From NCBI GenBank assembly GCA_902635945.1, contig CACPPU010000001.1:211891-275890 (forward strand): a stretch of 64,000 nt of DNA, read 5' to 3'. The stretch comes from an uncultured Candidatus Actinomarina sp. Lineage in GTDB: Bacteria > Actinomycetota > Acidimicrobiia > Actinomarinales > Actinomarinaceae. The translations under genes and the position numbers were made by a program. Below, piece after piece: positions 46,416 to 54,794 of the stretch. The first letter of the stretch is position 1, and the number at the start of each line of letters is the position of its first letter. Below the pieces are notes generated by a model. The model searched no databases and was not told where the DNA came from. It saw only the letters and a list, made by a program, of their open reading frames with translations.

Positions 46416-48582
46416 TATCAGACCTTTTTTTATACTTATAAGTAATAAGTAAAGCACCAAAAAGAGTTAAAATTGAAAAGAAATTTAAAGCTTTTTCAAC
46501 ATTACTCAACTCGAATTCAATTTCAACAATCTCATCGTTAGGAATAACTGCCATAAATGACGGAGAAATCCTGAAAGGTCCATGGCCGTTTTTAATTTTC
46601 CAATTTGGAAAATATGATACTTTAATTAAATGAAGTTGATTAGGTTTATTTGTTTTAAAAGTAATCAATTCATTTTGAATATTCAAATCACTTATTAAAA
46701 GGTCAGTATTTCTGTCACTTGGAACAGCTAAGCTTTCATCATAGTTTTCAATTATTTTATAATTTAGTTCATCTCTAAAGCTCTTATATGCTGATTCGAA
46801 GAAGCTTTGTTCACTGCCTTCTCTTAAAACTGCATTTCTAAGACGCTCATAGAAATCTGGGCTCTCAAATATAAAAAAGTTTTCTTCAACTAGCTCTACT
46901 TTTTCAGAGTTAATTGAATAAACATTGAAAACTTCATTTGAGAATAAAAAATTAAAATTTTCATTTTCGTTAGCTTTATCTTTAATTGACTGAGTGTATG
47001 CAATAAAATAATCTACACCCAGTTCTTCCATTAATCTAAATCCTTTATCGAATTCGCCATTAATGTAATTTAACCCTCCAACAGGATTAGAAGGTCTTTC
47101 AGCTACCCCTGAAACTGTTAAAAAATGAAAAGGAGTTGTTATGCTTGAATCAAAATATAAACCTTCAACACTTTGGTGATCTGTGAACATAGGGATTGTC
47201 ATTAATACCATTGGGGTACCATATTTATTTAAATCAGAATTTGGTTCCCACATGATCCTACCTGGCTCAAGTGTGTCTAAACCTTCATAAAGAGTTGTAA
47301 TGTCTGACCAGTTGTTTTTGCTTTCATAACCACTAAAATTCCAATTCAACCAGTGTGGTAAGTAGCTTAAAGTTCCAAAAGTTAGAGACACAAGGGTTGT
47401 GTAAATTAAAAATTTTTCAGAGTTTATTGAAATTAAAAACATAAACAAAATAATAAAAATTACGCTTATTGTTGTTGTTGAATAAGTGTTTCCCCATTTG
47501 GAATAATACAAATACATTAAGTAAGAATTGATAGACAAAATAAATATAGTCAAAGGATATTTACCCTGTATTTTTTTTGTTAAATTCTTAATATCAAAAT
47601 GTAATAAATTAAAAAACAAAATTATGATACCTAAATTAAAAAATGGAACAATCCTGCCATTCCAAAGAGCGCTTTCGGGTCCATAAAAAAATAAAAATAT
47701 TGCGATTGTAATTAAATATAATTCAAATCCAGCAACTGCCTTTAAAGTGGTTCTGCTACTACTTGAAATTACATAAATAATTACACCTATAGCAAATGGG
47801 AGAATATCAGATTTTACTAGATCTGAAAGCTGGGTGTAAGGAGTATATGTCATGTTTGTAGTAAATTCTAAATTTAGAAATAATGAAATAGAAAATCTCA
47901 TAGCAATAAACAAGAAAAATAGAAAGGCTGAAATTTTTACATTAATTTTTACATCACTTTTTAAGAAATAATAAGCAAATATTGGCAAATAAATCATGAA
48001 AGGGATCAAATGGGAAAGCACCGATAGGCCAATAAATAAAGAAGCAATTTCCGTAGAATATCTATGGTTTGACTTTAACAAATAAAATATTGAAAAATTT
48101 GCAAAAGCAATAGAGTAAGTAAAAGAGTACTGGCCTGCAAGTGATGAGGCTAAATTTCCTCCAAAGATTGTGAAAGATTCAGTAAGCAAATAAAGTAACC
48201 CAACCCCAAATCCGTAAAAAGAAAATTCTTTTGAATTGTTTCGCATGAGCATTTCAATAGAAATTACTAATAAAACTTGTGAAATTAGCACCATGGTTTT
48301 AAAAGAAATAGAAAATGGAAATAAAAAACTTAAAAAACTAGTAATGATTGGAGGAAGTGGAAAGTAGAAGTAGTATACCGGGTATCCGGCAAACCAGTCC
48401 TGTGACCATCCGCTTAATTTAAAATTGTTAAATAGCTCAGTAGCAAAAAATTTAGTTGGTACAATATGTGCTCCCATATCCCCACCGGTTGGAAGCAAAT
48501 CTGAAAAAACTAGTTCTAATCGCAAAAATATTAATAACAAAGAACCTAGGGCAACTTTTATAAATAGATTATTTTTAAGCAT
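46408..48582 (-). CDS. Large polytopic membrane protein, putative GT-C-type glycosyltransferase (COG5617/PF10131-like by recollection)
   Basis: The 724 aa ORF has ~13 TM helices, an N-terminal GGDMGAHIVP...SGWSQDWFAGYPVYYFYFPLP, and a large C-terminal soluble domain followed by a final TM. The family call is unverified. Confidence 0.5.
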   Translation of the reverse strand: MLKNNLFIKVALGSLLLIFLRLELVFSDLLPTGGDMGAHIVPTKFFATELFNNFKLSGWSQDWFAGYPVYYFYFPLPPIITSFLSFLFPFSISFKTMVLISQVLLVISIEMLMRNNSKEFSFYGFGVGLLYLLTESFTIFGGNLASSLAGQYSFTYSIAFANFSIFYLLKSNHRYSTEIASLFIGLSVLSHLIPFMIYLPIFAYYFLKSDVKINVKISAFLFFLFIAMRFSISLFLNLEFTTNMTYTPYTQLSDLVKSDILPFAIGVIIYVISSSSRTTLKAVAGFELYLITIAIFLFFYGPESALWNGRIVPFFNLGIIILFFNLLHFDIKNLTKKIQGKYPLTIFILSINSYLMYLYYSKWGNTYSTTTISVIFIILFMFLISINSEKFLIYTTLVSLTFGTLSYLPHWLNWNFSGYESKNNWSDITTLYEGLDTLEPGRIMWEPNSDLNKYGTPMVLMTIPMFTDHQSVEGLYFDSSITTPFHFLTVSGVAERPSNPVGGLNYINGEFDKGFRLMEELGVDYFIAYTQSIKDKANENENFNFLFSNEVFNVYSINSEKVELVEENFFIFESPDFYERLRNAVLREGSEQSFFESAYKSFRDELNYKIIENYDESLAVPSDRNTDLLISDLNIQNELITFKTNKPNQLHLIKVSYFPNWKIKNGHGPFRISPSFMAVIPNDEIVEIEFELSNVEKALNFFSILTLFGALLITYKYKKRSDNV

Positions 48583-48823
48583 CAGTTAAATTTTTACCTA
48601 AATATTTTGTTTTTCTTTTTCCTGCCTCAGTCCATTCTGCGTACCAGTATGGACCGTGTGGACACGAATTACATGACTCTTTTCCGCACTTTATTGACTT
48701 TGTTCTGTAAGAAACTTTTACATCAGATTCAATTTTTAACTTATTGTCCACCAATAACTTTATTCTCTTCAAATCTGCTTCATCAAGTTCTGATAATCCA
48801 TCTAGAATATCTTTGTCTATCAT
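48575..48823 (-). CDS. Small zinc-ribbon-like protein (CGKESCNSCPHGPYWY motif)
   Basis: An 82 aa ORF whose stop overlaps the start of the downstream membrane protein by 8 nt. Confidence 0.5.
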   Translation of the reverse strand: MIDKDILDGLSELDEADLKRIKLLVDNKLKIESDVKVSYRTKSIKCGKESCNSCPHGPYWYAEWTEAGKRKTKYLGKNLTDA

Positions 48824-48868
48824 TACTAAAATGTTAGTTGAAAGGTCAAATATTAAAGGTTCTTATAA

Positions 48869-49765
48869 ATGAAAAAAGTTGTTTATTTAAGTGGAGGTGT
48901 TGGAGGTGCTAAATTTGCGAAAGGATTAAGCAAATTAAGAAATATTGACTTATCAATAATCGTTAATACTGGTGATGACGAATATATACATGGCGTAGCC
49001 CTTTCACCAGACATTGATTCTGTAATTTATGGCTTAGCAAATATAGAGGGTAAACACGGTTGGGGTATTTTAAATGATAAATTCACTGTACATAGTGAGT
49101 TAAAAAAGTTTTATGATTTAAATTTTATGATAGGTGATAAAGACCTAGCCCTTAATTTATTCAGAAACCAAATGATAAACGATGGTTTACAACTTTCAGA
49201 AATTACAGATATAATAAAAAACAAATTCAACATAAGTTGTAAAATTCTTCCGATGTCTGATGATAAAGTAAGTACAAAACTTATTACTAAAAGTGGTGAA
49301 AAATTGAATTTTCAAAATTATTTTGTAGAAAAAATGGCAAAACCAAGATTAAAAAAAATTGTCTATGAGGGTTCTAGAAAAGCGAATGTCTCAAATCAAG
49401 TCATAAACTTGATAAATCAGAGTGATGTTTTGATCATTGGTCCCTCAAATCCAATCCTATCTATTGGTCCCATACTCTCTATAAGTAGCATCAACCAAGC
49501 AATTCAATGTCATAATAATGTTATTGCTATTAGTCCGTTTATAGGAAAAAAAGCACTTAAAGGTCCTTCTGTTCAAAACTTTATTGATATGGGATATAAG
49601 CCAGATATTCAAGGATTAAAAAAATATTATAAAAATCGAGTTAATAAATTTTATGTTCATGATGGAGATTCTGATGGTTCTTCTAACGTCTTTGAAGATC
49701 AAATTGTTTTTAAAAATGAAAATGACTCGAAATTTCTAGCTAAAAAGATATTGCAAAATGAATGA
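48869..49765 (+). CDS. cofD: 2-phospho-L-lactate transferase (F420 biosynthesis)
   Basis: LSGGVGGAKFAKGL in a 298 aa protein, followed by cofE with an 8 nt overlap. Confidence 0.9.
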   Translation: MKKVVYLSGGVGGAKFAKGLSKLRNIDLSIIVNTGDDEYIHGVALSPDIDSVIYGLANIEGKHGWGILNDKFTVHSELKKFYDLNFMIGDKDLALNLFRNQMINDGLQLSEITDIIKNKFNISCKILPMSDDKVSTKLITKSGEKLNFQNYFVEKMAKPRLKKIVYEGSRKANVSNQVINLINQSDVLIIGPSNPILSIGPILSISSINQAIQCHNNVIAISPFIGKKALKGPSVQNFIDMGYKPDIQGLKKYYKNRVNKFYVHDGDSDGSSNVFEDQIVFKNENDSKFLAKKILQNE

Positions 49766-50456
49766 GGTAAGAATAATTCCTATTAAAGGTATTCCAGAAA
49801 TTAAAGTTAATGATAATTTGGCCGAAATCACATTCAACGTATTAAATAAAAGTGAAATAGGTATTGAAGAAAATGACATTTTTGTAGTTACGCAAAAAAT
49901 TGTGTCAAAAAGTGAAGGAATGGAGAGAGATCTTTTAAATTATGATTTTGAAGAGCTCCTGAATAATGAGACTCAAAAAATCATTAGAAAAAGAGGAGAT
50001 TTGGTTATAGCAAAGACAAAACATGGGTTTGTTTGTGCAAATGCTGGAATTGATAAGTCAAATGTTAAAAAAAATACTGCTCTACTTCTCCCTGAAGATC
50101 CTAATAAGTCTGCACACAAATTTCGAAAAAGGTTTGAATCGTTATCAAACTTACCAATAGCCGTCATTATTTCTGATACATTTGGTCGAGCGTGGAGAAA
50201 GGGTCAAGTTAATTTTGCGATTGGTTCATCTGGGATAAGTCCTATTGATAGCTACATTGGCAAATTAGATAGTTTTGAAAATGAACTAAATGCAACAGAA
50301 ATTGCTGTGATTGATGAATTGGCAAGTGCTGCAGAACTAGTCATGAAAAAAACTATTAATATACCAATAGCAATTATTAGGGGTGTTGTTTACAAACAAT
50401 CTAAACTAAATGCAAATGAATTGTTAAGAGACGATAATGAAGATTTTTTTCTTTAA
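49758..50456 (+). CDS. cofE: Coenzyme F420-0:L-glutamate ligase (stand-alone, without an FbiB C-terminal domain)
   Basis: GFVCANAGIDKSN and SDTFGRAWR. Confidence 0.9.
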   Translation: MNEVRIIPIKGIPEIKVNDNLAEITFNVLNKSEIGIEENDIFVVTQKIVSKSEGMERDLLNYDFEELLNNETQKIIRKRGDLVIAKTKHGFVCANAGIDKSNVKKNTALLLPEDPNKSAHKFRKRFESLSNLPIAVIISDTFGRAWRKGQVNFAIGSSGISPIDSYIGKLDSFENELNATEIAVIDELASAAELVMKKTINIPIAIIRGVVYKQSKLNANELLRDDNEDFFL

Positions 50457-51376
50457 GCTTTTAACCAGTTAAAAACTTGTTTCATACCATCATCTAAATT
50501 AAATTCTGGCTTCCAATCTAATTCTTTTTCTGCTTTTGTATTATTTAATACACTTCTATTTAATTCACCTTCTCTAGCAGGTTTGTAAATAGGATTAATT
50601 TCAGAATTAAACTGACTTTTCATTGAATTCGCAAGTTCATTTACTGATGTTTCTACACCTGTACCAATATTTAAAAAATGGTTTTCGTCAATTGTTGATG
50701 CTTTTATCAATGCACTAACAACATCCTTTACATATATATAATCTCTGGTCTGCTCACCATCTCCATAGATTATTGGTTCTTCATCATTTAAATATTTATT
50801 TGCAAATATTGACACTACACCTGCTTCTCCATGGGGGTCTTGTCTTGGTCCGTAGACATTGGATAGGTTTAAAATTGAGTATTTTAAATTTGAATTTTTA
50901 GTCATTATCTTTATTAATTCATTTAACCTTTTTTTAGCAACTCCATAAGGAGATTCTGGCTCATCTGCATAATCTTCTTCAGCAGTAGGAATTACAGAAG
51001 GTTCACCAAAAATTGTTCCTCCTGATGAAGTAAAAACTAATTTTTTACAGTTAGATCTTAAAAGTATTTGTATAAGCTTTATTGGTTGTAAAATATTGTG
51101 TTCAAAATCAAGTGCTGGTTTTTCTACTGATACTACAACTGAAGATTGAGCAGCTAAATGGAAACATACATCTGGATCAAATTTTTCAATTTCTTCTAAA
51201 GACTTTTCAGAACCGAAATCATCAATTATGAATTTAAAATTACCTGTAATTTCTAAATTTTCTTTTTTACCGGTTAAACAATTATCAAAGATTAAAAGCT
51301 CATTTTCACTATTTAAAAGCTCTTCAACAAGATGAGATCCTATAAAGCCAGCTCCACCAGTTACTAATATTTTCAT
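50453..51376 (-). CDS. NAD-dependent sugar epimerase/dehydratase (UDP-glucose 4-epimerase family)
   Basis: VTGGAGFIGSHL and YGVAKK (YxxxK). Confidence 0.85.
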   Translation of the reverse strand: MKILVTGGAGFIGSHLVEELLNSENELLIFDNCLTGKKENLEITGNFKFIIDDFGSEKSLEEIEKFDPDVCFHLAAQSSVVVSVEKPALDFEHNILQPIKLIQILLRSNCKKLVFTSSGGTIFGEPSVIPTAEEDYADEPESPYGVAKKRLNELIKIMTKNSNLKYSILNLSNVYGPRQDPHGEAGVVSIFANKYLNDEEPIIYGDGEQTRDYIYVKDVVSALIKASTIDENHFLNIGTGVETSVNELANSMKSQFNSEINPIYKPAREGELNRSVLNNTKAEKELDWKPEFNLDDGMKQVFNWLKA

Positions 51377-51379
51377 TTT

Positions 51380-52258
51380 TTAATCTTTTCTTATAATTTC
51401 TTTGTTAATAGTAGTGCCAGTATTAATAATTGAACCACTACTAATTATTGAATCTGTAATAGTTACATTATCTTCAATTATGCAGTTATCCAAAATAACG
51501 CTATTTTTTACTATGGCACTTTCGCTAATTTTTACATTATTTGGAGAGATCCAATTCTCTTCCCCCTCAATTACATGTGCAGAAATGTATGATTCAAGAG
51601 TTCCCACATCCAACATATTTCCATAAACAGTATAGGTACTTAATAAGTTCGCTTTTGATAGCATCGGGAAAACCTGTCTTTCAAAAGAACACGGTGTTTC
51701 AAGATTGTTTTGTATTGCTAATATATCTTTCTTATATAAGTGATACAAACCAAGACTTATTTTATTTCCATAACTTTTATCTTTTGGTTTTTCTACAAAT
51801 TGAACTACTTTATCATCTTTATCTATTACTAACACACCAAATCTTGTTGGATCATCGACCTCATATGATCCAATTAGAGAGTTAGGACATTTACTTGAGG
51901 CATTGACGAAATTAGGTAAATCAACATTTAACAATAAATCACCATTCATACAATAAAATGCATCTGGCATTGTGTCTAAATTTTCAACAATATATCCTGC
52001 CGTGTCTAGCTTAGATTTTTCGAAAAGAAGATTTACATTTCTATTGTGGTTATTTTTATAATCTAACCACAATTTTTCATGTTTGATTGAGCAAATTAAA
52101 TTAAAATTAAAATTCTCGAAATTTGAAAATTGTTGAATAATTTTATCAATTATTCTTACTCCTCTAATTGTGAGTAAAGCTTTTGGTATTCCTGAAGACA
52201 GTGGTTTAAGTCTGGTTGCTTCCCCTCCAACTAACAAATAAATTTCATTCATCTTCAT
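51380..52258 (-). CDS. Sugar-1-phosphate nucleotidyltransferase (mannose-1-P guanylyltransferase-like) with an LbH tail
   Basis: LVGGEATRLKPLSSGIPKALL and C-terminal hexapeptide repeats. Confidence 0.8.
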   Translation of the reverse strand: MKMNEIYLLVGGEATRLKPLSSGIPKALLTIRGVRIIDKIIQQFSNFENFNFNLICSIKHEKLWLDYKNNHNRNVNLLFEKSKLDTAGYIVENLDTMPDAFYCMNGDLLLNVDLPNFVNASSKCPNSLIGSYEVDDPTRFGVLVIDKDDKVVQFVEKPKDKSYGNKISLGLYHLYKKDILAIQNNLETPCSFERQVFPMLSKANLLSTYTVYGNMLDVGTLESYISAHVIEGEENWISPNNVKISESAIVKNSVILDNCIIEDNVTITDSIISSGSIINTGTTINKEIIRKD

Positions 52259-53630
52259 TAAGAATATTAAAAAACTTATTTAAATCGTCATCTTTTTCTA
52301 AATTTATGATTTTATCCCATACTTCTGATGCTTTTTCTGTATCAAATAAGAATTCCACATTCCTGAAAAATTTATCTTTTAAAAGCGGAATTGCTTCTTC
52401 TCTTCTTGAAGGATGGCCTATAGGATTTTCTATAGTGATTTTTTCTGAAGTTGAGTTGTCATTGTAAACAATTTCTATTGAGTTAGATATATGTCTCTTT
52501 GAAAATTCGTAATAATCTCTCGTGAATTGTGGTTCTTCTAAGACAAAAATCTTTTTTCTTAAATTATTAATTTTTTCAAATCCCTCAAAACTCTCTTCAT
52601 ACATTTCATATTTTAAATCTCCATAGAGAAGTGCCGCTGCAACCATATACTCCAGACTATGATCTCTATCAGACGCATTTTTTAAAATCTCTTTGTTTGA
52701 AATTATCCTCACAGCAGGTTCATGCGTATAAATATTGACTTTTTCAAATTTATTAACATTATTATTAAATTCTTTACTTAATTTAATTGCGGCTTCTACT
52801 GCTGACTGACCATGGAACTCAGCAGGAAAAAGCACTTTAAATAAAATATTCTGAATAACCCAATTGTTAAGATCTTTTCCAAATTCTATTTTTGAATTAT
52901 CCAAGAAACTAGACTCAAATCCCCACTTATCTTCATTCTGAACAGATTCATAAATTTCATCTTTATGACTGCTAATAATTGAAAGCTCAATACCTCTTCT
53001 AGAGGCATCTGCAGCTGCCCAACTTTTTCTTTTTCCAACATTAGGAAAATGCCGGTATGCCCTTAGAGTTGGTCCATCTAAAAGTATATTATTGACTGTT
53101 CTTCTTACAGCAGTTGTATCACCATTATTTACTAAATACGAGAAGACAGAACCCGAAGCGAGTTTTACATAAAAAACGTGATCATAACCTAATTTGTTTA
53201 ATGAAGTCCCCAAGCACAAAGAACCCTGTATTTCATATGCTTTAGTTAGAGCATTTGTAAAATCATTAAACTTGTAATTATTGTTTTTAGAAAAATAGCT
53301 ATAAATTGAACCAAAATTATCAGATGGATGCGCCCACTCTTTAGCCAAAAAAGTATCGTTGTAATCAAACCATCTCGTTAAAACAGTAAGGTACCAAGAA
53401 ATATCTTCATAGCTTTGGTTAACTGTTAAATTTTTAAATGGGTTTTTAAAATTTAGGTTTAAATTATTTTTTGACGCAAATTGAACAACATTATCATGAC
53501 TACTTGCTTCGATTATGCATCCAATGGTATCTAATATTGCTAATTTTGAAGAAAAGAAATGTTTATCATTTTCATCTAAATCCTTAGAAATATATTCAGT
53601 AATTAATATATCTAAATTGTTAGAATTCAA
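52245..53630 (-). CDS. prpD: MmgE/PrpD family protein (2-methylcitrate dehydratase-like)
   Basis: N-terminal AILDTIGCIIEAS, ~460 aa, immediately downstream of a citrate synthase-family gene. Confidence 0.75.
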   Translation of the reverse strand: MNSNNLDILITEYISKDLDENDKHFFSSKLAILDTIGCIIEASSHDNVVQFASKNNLNLNFKNPFKNLTVNQSYEDISWYLTVLTRWFDYNDTFLAKEWAHPSDNFGSIYSYFSKNNNYKFNDFTNALTKAYEIQGSLCLGTSLNKLGYDHVFYVKLASGSVFSYLVNNGDTTAVRRTVNNILLDGPTLRAYRHFPNVGKRKSWAAADASRRGIELSIISSHKDEIYESVQNEDKWGFESSFLDNSKIEFGKDLNNWVIQNILFKVLFPAEFHGQSAVEAAIKLSKEFNNNVNKFEKVNIYTHEPAVRIISNKEILKNASDRDHSLEYMVAAALLYGDLKYEMYEESFEGFEKINNLRKKIFVLEEPQFTRDYYEFSKRHISNSIEIVYNDNSTSEKITIENPIGHPSRREEAIPLLKDKFFRNVEFLFDTEKASEVWDKIINLEKDDDLNKFFNILNEDE

Positions 53631-53633
53631 AAA

Positions 53634-54704
53634 TTATCTCTCTGAAGGTCCGATATACTTGGCTGCGGGTCTAATCAAAATATCTTGTTCTCTTTGTTCA
53701 AAATAATGTGATGCCCATCCAACCGATCGTCCAGCAACAAATATCGGAGTAAACAAATCTACTTCAAAACCAAGCTCAGCTAATAGAAGGCCGCCATAAA
53801 AATCTACATTTGGAAAAAGATTTTTTTCTTCATCCATAATTTGATCAATTTTTTTTGCAATTTCAAATCTATTTTTCGACTCATCACTGTTGACTAATTT
53901 TGATACCCAATTTTTTACTATTGGACTTCTTGGATCCTGTATTTTGTAGACACCGTGCCCAAACCCCATAATTTTTGTTTTTTGCTCTAGGAGCTCTTTA
54001 ATTCCTTTTTCTGCATCGTCAACAGTTTCGAAAGAATTAATAAGCTCTACCGCTCTCTCATTAGCTCCACCGTGAAGTTCTCCTTTGAGTGTTGCTATTC
54101 CTGAGACTATAGCGCCAGTGAGGTCTGCTCTTGTAGATGCTGTAACCCGTGTTGCAAACGTTGAAGCATTAAATCCATGTTCGGCATACAAAATCAACAT
54201 ATCATCTAAAGCTTCTAATTTTTCTTTTGATGTCCCGTTAGGCAAAAGAGAGCTGGCTACCAAGTATTGCTTGTCTAGCTCGTCGCATACTTCTTGGTGG
54301 TAAGAAGCAATAATGTAACAGACTATTGCTGTTATTCTTGCTGATAATTCTGTTTTATCCTCATTATCTAAACTTTTTTTTCTAAGTGTTGTTAGTTCAC
54401 CCTTGTATGAAACAATTGTTCTGACAACATCCATAGGATGAAGTTTTTCTTTAATCTCTCCAAGTAATTCATTTAATTTTGTGTCTTTAGAAGTTTCTAA
54501 ATAATATTTTGAGAAACTTTTCTTAAAATTTTTATCTTCTATTGAATCTGTAAGAATTAGAGATGCAACTTCTTCGTAAGTTTTGTTTGATGTTAGATCA
54601 GTTGCGTCGTGACCTCTATATCTAAGTGAAGTACCTTCTTTACCAACTGTCGATATTGCTGTTTCTCCTGCAATGACGCCTCTTAAACCAGGTGAATAAT
54701 CCAT
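53634..54704 (-). CDS. prpC: Citrate synthase family (probably 2-methylcitrate synthase)
   Basis: GFGHGVYKIQDPRS and HGGANE. The pairing with prpD suggests a methylcitrate role. Confidence 0.8.
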   Translation of the reverse strand: MDYSPGLRGVIAGETAISTVGKEGTSLRYRGHDATDLTSNKTYEEVASLILTDSIEDKNFKKSFSKYYLETSKDTKLNELLGEIKEKLHPMDVVRTIVSYKGELTTLRKKSLDNEDKTELSARITAIVCYIIASYHQEVCDELDKQYLVASSLLPNGTSKEKLEALDDMLILYAEHGFNASTFATRVTASTRADLTGAIVSGIATLKGELHGGANERAVELINSFETVDDAEKGIKELLEQKTKIMGFGHGVYKIQDPRSPIVKNWVSKLVNSDESKNRFEIAKKIDQIMDEEKNLFPNVDFYGGLLLAELGFEVDLFTPIFVAGRSVGWASHYFEQREQDILIRPAAKYIGPSER

Positions 54705-54794
54705 CGGTACAATTGTACTGTATTAAAGTATATAAGGCTAGAAATTTAGCTGTACAAAGTAATAGTTTGTCACTATTGAGGTTATCATTTTCAT

